Positions 16,714 to 26,053 of a stretch of DNA of 32,000 bases are shown in pieces (positions within the stretch are counted from its first letter, which is position 1; every line of letters starts with the position of its first letter). A model generated the notes under the pieces. That model ran no database searches. It was not told the origin of the DNA and saw only the letters and a program-made list of their open reading frames with translations. The translations under genes and the position numbers were made by a program. This DNA comes from Deinococcus hopiensis KR-140 (GTDB lineage Bacteria; Deinococcota; Deinococci; Deinococcales; Deinococcaceae), in contig NZ_FWWU01000011.1 of the NCBI RefSeq assembly GCF_900176165.1, positions 172,707-204,706 on the forward strand. The letters run 5' to 3'.

Positions 16714-18081
16714 CTGTACTTCGGGAAAATTCAGCAGGGTGACAGGGGGGACAGCGTCGGTGATGCTGGCCTTCTCCTATGCGTCGACAACTGCCAAGCT
16801 GGACCCGCCATTTCCCGACCTGGTTTAAACCCTTCCAGACTCATTTGCACCACAAGGCACGAAGTCGTCTCGCGGCGCTTTATGTTCAAGGGCTGTGCAG
16901 CATGGCGCACCGGAAAAGTATGGTTCCCATGGCCAATATGGTCGCTCCTGGCGGCGAGGATCGGTTCCAACATTTCATCACGCACAGCCCCGCTGTCCTT
17001 GAACCCCTCCTCCTTGAGCGAGCGAACCAAATGCTCGGCGGAAAAGATGCGGTCCTCATCATCGACGACACCTGCTTGACCAAATCTGGAACCAAGTCGG
17101 TCGGGGTTGCCAAGCAGTACTCCGGACAGGTGGGTGGACTGACCCAGTGCCAATGCTTGATCTCGCTCACGCTGGCCCAACACGATCTCCCCGTTCCCGT
17201 GAGTCTCCGCCTTTTTCTGCCTCGTGACTGGACAGGTGACCCTCAACGGATGATTGCTGCTGGTGTTCCTGAGGAACACCAGCAACCGCAGAGCAAGTGG
17301 GCTGTCGCCATTCAGGAACTTGACCGCGTCCGACCACACCTGAACTTTGGCATGGTGCTTGCCGATGCAGGTTACGGTGCCACCGCGCCTTTTCGGCAAG
17401 CGCTCAGTGCGCGGAACCTTCAATGGTCCGTGGGCATCTATCGTTCTCAAAAGGCTGATCCCGCCGATGTTCAGCTCTTGCCGAGTGTCACCTCCAATCA
17501 CGGACGGCGATCCAAATCCCCCACACCGTCTCATCCACGTCAAACCGCTGAAGAGATGTTGACCCATGCCGTCTGGCATCGGGTCTTGTGGCGGCAGGGG
17601 ACGAAAGGCGCTCTTTCTGGCCGATTTGCAGCCAAGTACGTTTGCCTCGCTGATGGGCTGGAGTACCGGCAAGGTCAGCATTTACCAGGTCAACCCGCCT
17701 GGATCATCGGGGAGGAACGGAGTGGCGGTGAACGGAAATACTACGCCTGCAACCTCCCCCCGAGACATCGCTTCATCACCTCGTTGAGGTGATGAAGCAG
17801 CGTTGGGCCTGTGAATTGACCCATCGGGAATTGAAACAGGAGGTGGGCTTGGATCACTTTGAGGGTCGCTCATGGCGCGGCTTACACCATCATGCCCTGC
17901 TCTGTATGGTGGCCCTCCTCTTTCTGCAATGGTTGCGACTCAGCCAACCCGATGACCTTATGGGTGACTCGGTACCGGCGATCCGAAAGGAGTTGGCAGC
18001 AGTCCTACTCCCCGCTTGCTTATTCAGGGGTTGTCCCTGTACGGGCTTATTCAGCGGCCCCTGAGTTTTCCCGAAGTACAG
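16714..18081 (+). mobile_element. IS701-family insertion sequence, copy 2, transposase frameshifted
   Basis: Terminal repeats CTGTACTTCGGGAAAATTCAG and CTGAGTTTTCCCGAAGTACAG. Flanking 4-bp direct repeat ATAG at 16710-16713 and 18082-18085. Confidence 0.9.
16779..18064 (+). pseudogene. IS701 family transposase, split into two ORFs (16779-17792 and 17789-18064)
   Basis: Collinear with the copy-1 protein. The frame breaks at a C6 run (17756-17761). Copy 1 reads NLPENTSLSRLVEVTKRRWP; here NLPP-RHRFITSLR* is read, versus the shifted ETSLHHLVEVMKQRWA. Confidence 0.85.
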
Positions 18082-18174
18082 ATAGGCCGCGAGCGCTTGA
18101 CGGTCCTCCGGCTCCAGGCCTTCTCCTTCCAGCCCCCGGTCGTCCCGGTACGCGGCGTCCAACAGCTCAGCCAT
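18082..18174 (-). pseudogene. 5' part of the IS-split small acidic-protein gene
   Basis: MAELLDAAYRDDRGLEGEGLEPEDRQALAAY, then the IS junction. Confidence 0.6.
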
Positions 18175-18266
18175 CTCGGTCGGGGACAGGTCAGCAGGAC
18201 GCGTCCTCCCAAGCTACTCTCTCCCCCTCTTGATGCACACACCCTACGCGGCACAATAAAGGTCTG

Positions 18267-18490
18267 ATGTCCCCGTCGCTCCGCCTCCGCTGGCTCCCAC
18301 CCGGACAAAACACCGTCCTCATTTCCTCCCCGCCCGTGACGGAACTCCTGCACCTGCATGCCGCGAGACACAGACAGCTCCACTCCCCCGCATCGCGGGC
18401 ACTGAGGTCACGCAGGCCCGGCGCCCCGGTTCTTCCGGTTCCCTGCCCATCCGCGCGCCTCAGTCGTCCGCACCACCAGAGCAGGAGCAC
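18267..18490 (+). pseudogene. decayed copy of cassette gene A (homolog of 30519-30782)
   Basis: LRLRWLPPGQNTV resembles KKVQWLPTGWTVA of the intact copy. A shifted frame ends with GSLPIRAPQ, compared with GPLPIYAPV*. The similarity is weak and read by eye. Confidence 0.35.
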
Positions 18491-18495
18491 ACCAC

Positions 18496-18708
18496 ATGGG
18501 TAAGAAACGCGACATCCCCACCTACAAGGACACCCACCCCGCCCACCTTGCGCGCAGCGCGGAGCTGGAACGCGCGGGCCTCAAACCCGCCCCGGACCAG
18601 CTCCCCGCCGCCCTGTTCAAGTACAGGACCAAGGACACGGAGGGCACCTGCGCCCTCTTCGAGCGCGCCCTGTGCATCCCCGTTGTGCCGAAACAAGACG
18701 CCTCCTGA
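18496..18708 (+). CDS. small hypothetical protein (cassette gene B)
   Basis: 70 aa: MGKKRDIPTYKDTHPAHLARSAELERAGLKPAPDQLPAALFKYRTKDTEGTCALFERALCIPVVPKQDAS. AGGAG sits 8 nt upstream. The RBS and the first ~15 codons recur at 30463 on the minus strand. Confidence 0.6.
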   Translation: MGKKRDIPTYKDTHPAHLARSAELERAGLKPAPDQLPAALFKYRTKDTEGTCALFERALCIPVVPKQDAS

Positions 18709-19019
18709 AGCTCACGGCCCGTCACGCCTGTCCCTCCGGATGGGGCGGGTTCTTCACGCACGCGCTGGAGGGGGGAGCGGTAGAGGCACGCCGAAAGCGG
18801 AGGGGGAAGCGTTCGGATGACGCCGGTGTGGCCTTGAGGTGGGTCAGCCACCTGCTCCTGGCCGCCGATGCGCTCCTGCCCACGCAGTAACGGTTGTACC
18901 GAGGCTGGTTTCTCGCCCTTGGCTTTGCCCCCATGACCACCACTTTGCCTCAAACCGGTACTGGAGCTCAGTCGATTTTGCACCGGTGGAGTTCAGCCTT
19001 GATCACAGGAGGCACGACC

Positions 19020-19830
19020 ATGACCCCGCGCAGGACTTCCACGACCGAATTCAAGCGAGAAGCCGTCCAGCTTGCCCAGCGGCCAGAAATGACGGTGACA
19101 CAAGCCGCCCGGGATCTGGGAATCGGCATCTCTTCACTGCAACGTTGGCTTCGAGAAGCGGGCCAGCAGGGTAATGCGTCATTCCCAGGACTCGGACATC
19201 AGACCCTGACGCCAGAGCGGTGTTCAGGTGAAGTGCAAGGCGGCGCATCGCCTCTGGAAGAGTGGGGGTCTTGCGCTTCCCACCCGTTGCAAGGCGAGAA
19301 AAATCCGTACAGGACAGCACATCCTGATGAAAGCCGCGCAGCCGAACCAGGTCCGGACCTATGACGTTGTCTTCGACCAGACCCTGGGGGGACAACCCCT
19401 GAAAATCCTGACGCTCACCGATAAGTTTACCCGGCAATCCCTGGCCCTGCGTTGTGGCACAGCTTTCACGTCCTCGGACGTGAAAGCTGTCCTGGTCGAG
19501 ATCATGCGGAAACGGGGCGCCGCGGCATTCATTTGGAGCGACAACGGCTCAGCGTTTATCGCCCGCGATCTCAGGGTCTGGCCGTGCAGGAGGGAGGCAT
19601 CAAACATTGACCCCGCAAAACCCTGGCAAAACGGCGTGGCCGAGAGCTTCCACGCCCGACTCCGCGGTAGATTGCCGAACCTGGAGGTCTTTCACTCCCC
19701 TCGGCACGCTCCGGTCCTACCGGACGGCTGGAGAACGTTCTACAAGCGCGCCAGACCCCATTCTTCCCTGGCGTACCTGACGCCCGACGAGTTCGCCCAG
19801 CGGTGGGGTGGCCCCACCTGGTGGCGTACA
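19020..19830 (+). mobile_element. IS3-family remnant (OrfA HTH plus OrfB integrase core, internally deleted)
   Basis: OrfA reads MTPRRTSTTEFKREAVQLAQRPEMTVTQAARDLGIGISSLQRWLREAG. OrfB-like reads PNQVRTYDVVFDQTLGGQPLKILTLTDKFTRQSLAL...IWSDNGSAFIA...KPWQNGVAESFHARLR...RPHSSLAYLTPDEFA. The OrfA leucine-zipper region and the OrfB N-terminal third are missing, and the natural stop is lost. Element ends are not defined. Confidence 0.7.
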
Positions 19831-19859
19831 CCCACCCTGAGCCGAGTTTCCAGTCAGCG

Positions 19860-20090
19860 TCGTCCGCAAAACTGGGCCAGTCCACGGGAGAAAGGACACG
19901 GCAAAGCGTGCAAACAGCCTCCCAGGAAACGAAAATCGCATGTTCTCAAGACGCTGGTACCGTGTTTCTTCAGCGTGTACAGGACAACCGTCCGTGCCTG
20001 GATCACTGGGAGAATCAGGGCAGCGAAGACCGACAGACGTCGGGCATCTAAGGGGAACGCAGACCGCAAGGCGGTCTGCAAGGTATCGTG
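19860..20090 (-). pseudogene. possible N-terminal fragment of an IS4-like transposase
   Basis: RRLSVFAALILPVIQARTVVLYTLKKHGTSVLRTCDFRFLGG resembles the N-terminal region of IS4-type transposases. This is weak and by eye only. Confidence 0.25.
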
Positions 20091-20336
20091 AGGGCGCCCT
20101 GCTCCTGGGCGCGCTCATCGCAGATACACCCGACTGGGGCCGACTTTTTCACTTCCTGCACACGTTTTGAAGGGCAGTCAGCTCCTCTCCTTGACATACT
20201 GCAGAGGGCTCCCCGTTTTCCTTGGCGTCACCTCCTCTTCGGGCCACAGAATCCGGCGCTGGGGCACGCGAACCATGCCGCCTTTTTCACGCATTGACGT
20301 TGGAATGTTGTCATAGCCGCTTCGTAGAATGGGAAA

Positions 20337-22592
20337 GTGCACAACCTCCAGTTGGGATTGCTCGAGCCGCGTCGCGTCGCCATCCTGGTGGATTTCCTTT
20401 ATGACTACCAGCTTCAACTCCAACACGGTTACCACGAAGCCCTGAACGCAGCTGGGGTGTCTTCAGTAACCTTTGTTGGCCGTCACCTGGAACCAGAGAC
20501 GCCGCTGTACCAGAAAGCGAACGACGTCTACGATTTGCTTGATCCTGAGCGGTACGTGGGAATGATCGTCAGTGCAGCGTCGATCGCCCGGCAGGTCGGA
20601 GACGGGGCATTTCTGGACTTCCTGCGCAGGTTCCCCCTGCCGAAGGTGGCGGTGAGCCGGGCGTTGCCGGGCATTCCGAGCGTACGCGTGGACCCTGTCC
20701 GGGGAATGACCGAGTTGATGGCGCACCTGGTTCACGGTCAGGGCCTGAAGAGGTTTGTGTTTATGGGCGGAATGGCCGGCAACGAAGAGGGCCAGCTGCG
20801 GCGCGATGCGGTGATCGACTACCTCTCGGCGCATGGAATGAGCATTCCACCTCACAGAATACTGACGGGTGATTTTTTCGGTCCCAAAGCGGCGCAAGAA
20901 ATTACGAAGCTGTTGGAGCATGACCGGGATTTTGAAGCGGTGGTCTGCGCAAATGACGAGATGGCTTTTGGAGTCATCGACGCGCTCACCCGGTTGGGGC
21001 TTCATGTCCCAGAGGACGTGGCTGTGGTCGGCTTCGATGATGTGGACGAGGCGAGGCACAGTTCCCCCCCGCTCACGACGGTGGCGCAGCCGACCCGCGA
21101 GAAAGGCAGGGTGGCGGCAGAACTCCTCCTGGACCTGACGGCAGGATGGGACGTTCCCGACGAAGTGGTGTTGGCAGCGACGCTCAAGAAGCGCAAGTCG
21201 TGCGGCGCCCTGCCGGAGTGGATCGTGAAAACCTGTGAGGTGCAGGTGGAACAGGAACTGCTGTCCGCATTCCTGCTGGCAGCGAAAGACCAGGTGAACG
21301 CAAAGGCATTCCTGGAATGCTGGCGCAAGCAGGTGCGTCAATTGGATTACGACCAGGCAGGGCTCGCAGCCATCATGCTGGGACTGCGCGCCCACGCCAC
21401 CACGCTGCCACAATCGGCTATGCAGGCTTCTCGCCTGGCGTCGCTCCTGATGGTGGCCCTGCGCATGATCGCGCCGCCCGATCCCGGCCATTCATCTGCA
21501 CAGCAGGCCTTGAGCCGCAACAATCAGGTCAGTTCCCAGTTGGAGCTTTCCCTTTCCTCCCACGATACGTTGGAAACCTTTCAAGCCGAAGTGGGGAAAT
21601 ACATGCGGTCGCTGGACGTCGACCGGTATGCGGTGGCGCTGTTTAAGGAGGCGGGTTCACAGCCGGCGTCCACAGCGTCCCTGCTCAGCACCTCGCTGAA
21701 CGGCGCAGCGCCCGGGAAGGCCTACCCCAGCAGGCAGCTCCTCCCAGAAGCGCTCCTGCATGAGCTGAACCGTGGGCACTGGCTGGTGCTCCCGCTGCAC
21801 ACCGCAGACCTGCACTTCGGGATACTGCTGTTCGAGAAACCTCCCGTAGACCATTTCAATGTCGAGCAGGTACGGTACACACTGAGCGCAGGGCTTCATC
21901 ACTTGCACTCGGCGCAGCAGCAGCATCGGTACACGCAGCAGCTCGAGGAGGAAGTCCGGGAGCGCACTCAGGAACTGCAAGACGAGATTGCCGTACGCCT
22001 GCGGGCCGAGAACATCCTCCGCTCTTTGAACCAAGAGCTCTCCGTCTCCGCGTCCACCGATGCCCTCACGGGAATTTTCAACCGGGCAGCATTTACGTCT
22101 TACCTTCAGCGGGAGTGGGCGAACCATCAACTCGCCCGCCGCCCTATCAGCCTGCTGCTGTGCGACATCGATTTTTTCAAGCAGTACAACGATTATTACG
22201 GGCATCTCGCGGGCGACGAATGCCTCAAGGAGATCGCCAGGACCCTGAGCACCTGCGGGCGCAACCGCAGCGACTTCACCGCCCGCTACGGTGGCGAGGA
22301 GTTCGTGATGATCCTACCGGGTACGGACGCCACCGGAGCGGATTTTGTGGCGCAGAGACTGCTCACCCGCGTGCGTGAGCTGGAGTTGCCGCACGAGAAG
22401 TCGGGCGTCGCGCCGCACATTACTGTAAGCGTCGGTGCCGCAACTTTGACGCCCACCATCCAGACGGCCCCCGAAGTGCTGATCGGACGGGCAGATCAGG
22501 CGCTGTACCGCGCCAAACGCACCGGACGAAACCAGTCTTCAAGCTGGGAAAGTCTCCCAGAGACCCCTTCGGGAGGCGTCAAGCCTGGGTGA
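20337..22592 (+). CDS. diguanylate cyclase with an N-terminal LacI-type sugar-binding (Peripla_BP) domain and no HTH
   Basis: 751 aa. The N-terminus has VAILVDF...FVFMGG...AVVCANDEMAFGVIDAL...VAVVGFDDV...LTTVAQP. A coiled coil follows. The C-terminus has DALTGIFNRAAF...YGGEEFVMILPG...ADQALYRAKRTGRNQ. Confidence 0.9.
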   Translation: MHNLQLGLLEPRRVAILVDFLYDYQLQLQHGYHEALNAAGVSSVTFVGRHLEPETPLYQKANDVYDLLDPERYVGMIVSAASIARQVGDGAFLDFLRRFPLPKVAVSRALPGIPSVRVDPVRGMTELMAHLVHGQGLKRFVFMGGMAGNEEGQLRRDAVIDYLSAHGMSIPPHRILTGDFFGPKAAQEITKLLEHDRDFEAVVCANDEMAFGVIDALTRLGLHVPEDVAVVGFDDVDEARHSSPPLTTVAQPTREKGRVAAELLLDLTAGWDVPDEVVLAATLKKRKSCGALPEWIVKTCEVQVEQELLSAFLLAAKDQVNAKAFLECWRKQVRQLDYDQAGLAAIMLGLRAHATTLPQSAMQASRLASLLMVALRMIAPPDPGHSSAQQALSRNNQVSSQLELSLSSHDTLETFQAEVGKYMRSLDVDRYAVALFKEAGSQPASTASLLSTSLNGAAPGKAYPSRQLLPEALLHELNRGHWLVLPLHTADLHFGILLFEKPPVDHFNVEQVRYTLSAGLHHLHSAQQQHRYTQQLEEEVRERTQELQDEIAVRLRAENILRSLNQELSVSASTDALTGIFNRAAFTSYLQREWANHQLARRPISLLLCDIDFFKQYNDYYGHLAGDECLKEIARTLSTCGRNRSDFTARYGGEEFVMILPGTDATGADFVAQRLLTRVRELELPHEKSGVAPHITVSVGAATLTPTIQTAPEVLIGRADQALYRAKRTGRNQSSSWESLPETPSGGVKPG

Positions 22593-22636
22593 GCGCTGTG
22601 GACGGTACAGGACACGCCGAATGAGCAGCGCTCACC
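22588..22636 (+). terminator. large-loop hairpin overlapping the cyclase stop codon
   Basis: GGTGAGCGCTG...(27 nt)...CAGCGCTCACC, an 11-bp stem. No T-tract follows. Confidence 0.3.
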
Positions 22637-23410
22637 AGTGATGTGGGGTTGAGGAAGGGGAGAGAGTGACGAGGTGAGGCGGCTTCCGGATCATCCATTT
22701 CGTTCGCCCCGGTGATTCCACGCCACTGTGTCACCGTTTTTCCTGCTCGCTCTGCGGCGCAGCGTTGCACGTCCGCTCGGGTTGACCCCTTATCTCATCA
22801 CGGATTCACGGAATCCTTATGGTTGGGAGTGGGCGCCAGGGAGGTGGAGAAGAACCGGCTCGCGTATATTTCCCCCTCTGCCCCATGACCTCTACCCGCA
22901 GTCCAGCGGATGTGCAGCGCGGGATAGAGCGAAGCCTTCACAGGTGGTGACGAGGCCCAGGGAGCGCGTTTTGATGGCCCGGGCGGTGGCGTAGCCCTGG
23001 GAACCCTGGGGAAAAGCACCGGACAGGGTTATCAGCGTGTCCCTTCCCGCCGCCTTGAACGGCCCTCTCACGCCCCTGCCCGAGTCCGTTTTGGGTCTGC
23101 CCTTCATGTCGCTGGCCGCAGCCGGAAGCATGGCGAGTCGCAGGTATGGGAAGTGCACGTCACCTCCGGTCACCGCTGCTTTGCAAAGAGGCACCGCGAA
23201 GAGCACAAGTTCCGCCGTGAAGTTCGGGCCTATCGGCGGTGGCTACCTCAACTGCCTGAAGGCTGAGCTCCACCGACCGCTGCTGGGGTTGGATGAGGTC
23301 CCCCGCATCTTGGCGCTGGGTGCCGGCGAGGGACATGTTCTTGACGGCCTCCGTACGGACAGGCACACCGAACGCACCGCATACCCCAGGCCGGACTCTG
23401 GCCAAGGCAC

Positions 23411-23914
23411 TTGCACGGTCTTCCTCCCACGCCGAAGGATTCAGAAGATGAACGAGGGGCGAGCTCCCGGTTGATACGCCCGAAGCTGCGTCGGGACTCC
23501 TGCTCGTCTGGGGAACTTGCCTGGATCGGGGCACAAATCCCAGAACTCCTTATTCTCGCTTTCCCCGCCGTTGTACCCCGGCATGACGGCCACAGCGCCC
23601 GCAACTGGTTGCTCAATCCCAAACACGCTCCCGGGTTCACGGGGATTGATTTTGAGCACGCACGCTCCAGGCTCTCCGTTCAGGACATCATAAGGGTCTG
23701 GCTCCGGGCCCCCATTACGCGTGCTGATCTGGCAGGTGCCCTTTTCACCGGCGATGGTCGTCCCCTGACGTCTGCCGAGCAGACGCTGATGGAGCGTTTG
23801 GCAGCCCCCGACACCCTCTGCGCAGTCGTGTGGGCTGCTGAGCACCTCGGTATGACGTTCCCTGAGGAACAACAAGCGTTATTCCGGTGGCTTCAGGAGA
23901 ACGCAGCAACGTAA
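23411..23914 (+). CDS. hypothetical protein, coding strand ambiguous
   Basis: Only the C-terminal third (LTSAEQTLMERLAAPDTLCAVVWAAEHLGMTFPEEQQALFRWLQENAAT) looks convincingly protein-like. A codon-aligned antisense ORF (23441-23875) looks equally plausible in the middle. Confidence 0.25.
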   Translation: MHGLPPTPKDSEDERGASSRLIRPKLRRDSCSSGELAWIGAQIPELLILAFPAVVPRHDGHSARNWLLNPKHAPGFTGIDFEHARSRLSVQDIIRVWLRAPITRADLAGALFTGDGRPLTSAEQTLMERLAAPDTLCAVVWAAEHLGMTFPEEQQALFRWLQENAAT

Positions 23915-24181
23915 CTCTCGTCGCCCAACTTCCTGAAATGGCTGCGGCGATGCCCCGAATAAGAGCAGGCCGGCCTGCTCGGCATGCCCGCTAAAGCAGT
24001 TGTCAAAAAGAGGATTTTTTTGACCGCGCAGGGGAAGCGAACCTGAATGCGCATTGGAGAGAATGAAGCGGTGAGCGGTGCCCTTCCACCCACCGCTTCA
24101 TTCGGACAGGTGCTCTGGTCCAGGCGCAACGCTCTCCCAGCGTCAGAGTTGGGAGAGAGGTACTCACCTACCTTTTAAGGA

Positions 24182-26053
24182 ATGCTCGGTGATCTCTCCA
24201 CATTCCCCCTGGAGGCGGCGAGGCTCGCCGCACTGCGCCGGTACGCGGTGCTCGGTACGCCTCCCGAAGCTGCCTTTGACCGGGCCGTGCAGGTTGCAGC
24301 CCAGGTGTACGGTGTGCCGATCGCCCTGGTGTCCTTGGTGGATGTCCGGCGGCAATGGTTTAAAGCGTGTTACGGCGTTGACATGCGGGAAACAGATCGC
24401 TCAATCTCGATGTGCACGCATGCCTTGGAGCACGATGGCGTCCTGATCGTGCCAGATACCACGCTCGACGAGCGGTTCGCGCAAAACCCGTTGGTCACGG
24501 GACCACTTCACATCCGTTTTTATGCGGGAGCGCCTCTGGTGACGCCGGACGGTCACAAAGTCGGTACACTTTGCATTTTGGATACGGTCCCACGCCCCTC
24601 CCTGACGCCAGAACAGACGGCCACCCTGCAGGCCTTGGCGGACGGCGTTGTCAGCGAGCTGGAGTTGCGCTGTGCCCTTGCTGAACAGGCGCGCGAACGG
24701 CATGTTCATACAGCGGTGGTCAAGGCTTCTCTGGACGCGATGGTCATTGTGGACCATGACGGGTGCGTTCTCGAATGGAACCCAAGCGCCGAACAGCTGC
24801 TCGGTTACAACCGTGAGGACGTTCTGGGTGCGGACCTGATGAGATTAATCGTGCCGCCCGGCGACTACAACCGACACAAACTCGGCGTTGCGCAGCTTGG
24901 TCAGGAGCAGACGGCTGGGCAACGCCGAATCGAGCTGCCCATTTTGCGGCGCGGAGGAGAGACCCTTCACTGCGAGTACACCGTGACATCCTTCTACGTG
25001 GATGACGAGCAGCTGTTCACGGTGTATATCCGTGACCTCACCGAAGTGCGCGCTGCGCGTGAGGCCATGAAGGCCAGCTACTCCCTGCTGCGGGCAGTGG
25101 TTGACAGTGTTCCGGAAACCATATTCGTCAAGAATCTGGAGCGGCAGTACGTGATGATGAACACGACTGGTGCCGCCCGGCTTGGTCAACCGATGGAGGC
25201 CATCCTGGGCCGAACAGACGAAGATTTCTTTCCTGCCAGCATGGCTGCCCGGCGTCAGCGAGACGAGGCTGTGCTGGAAACCGGAACACCTATGGTCACG
25301 GAGTTCACTGAAAAATTCCCGGACGGTACCTACCGGCACTTCTGGACGAGCAAAGACGTGTACCGTGATCCGAGCGGAAACGCGGCTGGGCTAATTGGCG
25401 CTGCGTTCGACATCACGCAACGCAAGCAGGATGAAGCCATCATTCGCGGGTACAACCAAACCCTACGGGATCAGGTGGAAGCGGCGCAATTCGAGATTCT
25501 GGCGCGGCTCGCACGCGCCGCCGAATACCGTGATGATGATACCGGTGAACACATGAACCGCGTTGCGATGACCGCTGCTGGTATTGCCCGGGAGTTGAAC
25601 CTGCCTGACGAAACGGTCGCCTTGATTGGGCGCGCCGCACCTATGCACGACGTAGGTAAGATTGGCATCTCCGACTCGATCTTGCTGAAGCCAGGCCGCC
25701 TGACCCCGGAAGAGTTCGAGTTGGTCAAGGCCCACACCACCATTGGAGCGAGCATTCTGGAAGGGGGAAATTCACCGCTGGTCATGGTGGCCGAAGAAAT
25801 AGCGCGTACCCACCACGAACGCTGGGACGGCACCGGTTACCCGGCGGGCCTGGCCGGTGAAACAATTCCCATCACCGGCCGAATTGTGGCGGTCGCGGAT
25901 GTATTGGACGCGTTGACCAGCGAGAGGCCCTACAAGCAGGCCTGGTCGTTTGAGGCGGCTATGACCGAAATCAGGACGCAGGCTGGCCGGCAATTTGACC
26001 CTGCGGTAATCGCGGCCTTAGAACGCCTCACATGTGCCCATCAGCAGGACTAG
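24182..26053 (+). CDS. GAF-PAS-PAS-HD-GYP c-di-GMP phosphodiesterase
   Basis: 623 aa. An N-terminal GAF domain ([20 protein letters not shown]...FYAGAPL) is followed by two PAS-like segments. The C-terminus has HMNRVA...MHDVGKIGI...[11 protein letters not shown]. Confidence 0.9.
   Translation: MLGDLSTFPLEAARLAALRRYAVLGTPPEAAFDRAVQVAAQVYGVPIALVSLVDVRRQWFKACYGVDMRETDRSISMCTHALEHDGVLIVPDTTLDERFAQNPLVTGPLHIRFYAGAPLVTPDGHKVGTLCILDTVPRPSLTPEQTATLQALADGVVSELELRCALAEQARERHVHTAVVKASLDAMVIVDHDGCVLEWNPSAEQLLGYNREDVLGADLMRLIVPPGDYNRHKLGVAQLGQEQTAGQRRIELPILRRGGETLHCEYTVTSFYVDDEQLFTVYIRDLTEVRAAREAMKASYSLLRAVVDSVPETIFVKNLERQYVMMNTTGAARLGQPMEAILGRTDEDFFPASMAARRQRDEAVLETGTPMVTEFTEKFPDGTYRHFWTSKDVYRDPSGNAAGLIGAAFDITQRKQDEAIIRGYNQTLRDQVEAAQFEILARLARAAEYRDDDTGEHMNRVAMTAAGIARELNLPDETVALIGRAAPMHDVGKIGISDSILLKPGRLTPEEFELVKAHTTIGASILEGGNSPLVMVAEEIARTHHERWDGTGYPAGLAGETIPITGRIVAVADVLDALTSERPYKQAWSFEAAMTEIRTQAGRQFDPAVIAALERLTCAHQQD

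Noticed and set aside
15201-16742. 513-aa plus-strand ORF, the third-longest in the track
   Set aside because: It is a composite artefact. Only the first ~110 codons after 15318 look coding (membrane segment). The rest is Pro/Arg/Ser-rich. It runs through two terminator hairpins, through the better-supported 15989-16225 gene in another frame, antisense to the IS-split gene, and into the IS terminal repeat.
16731-17681. 316-aa minus-strand ORF
   Set aside because: It is antisense to the IS701 copy-2 transposase.
20463-21491. 342-aa minus-strand ORF
   Set aside because: It is the antisense shadow of the well-supported GGDEF cyclase gene, with His/Arg/Gln-rich composition. The same logic rejects 21657-22205 and 21002-21328.
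23915-24181. c-di-GMP riboswitch in front of the HD-GYP gene
   Set aside because: Hairpins are present, but I could not match them to the GEMM-I or GEMM-II conserved cores from memory. It is kept only as a generic structured-leader observation.
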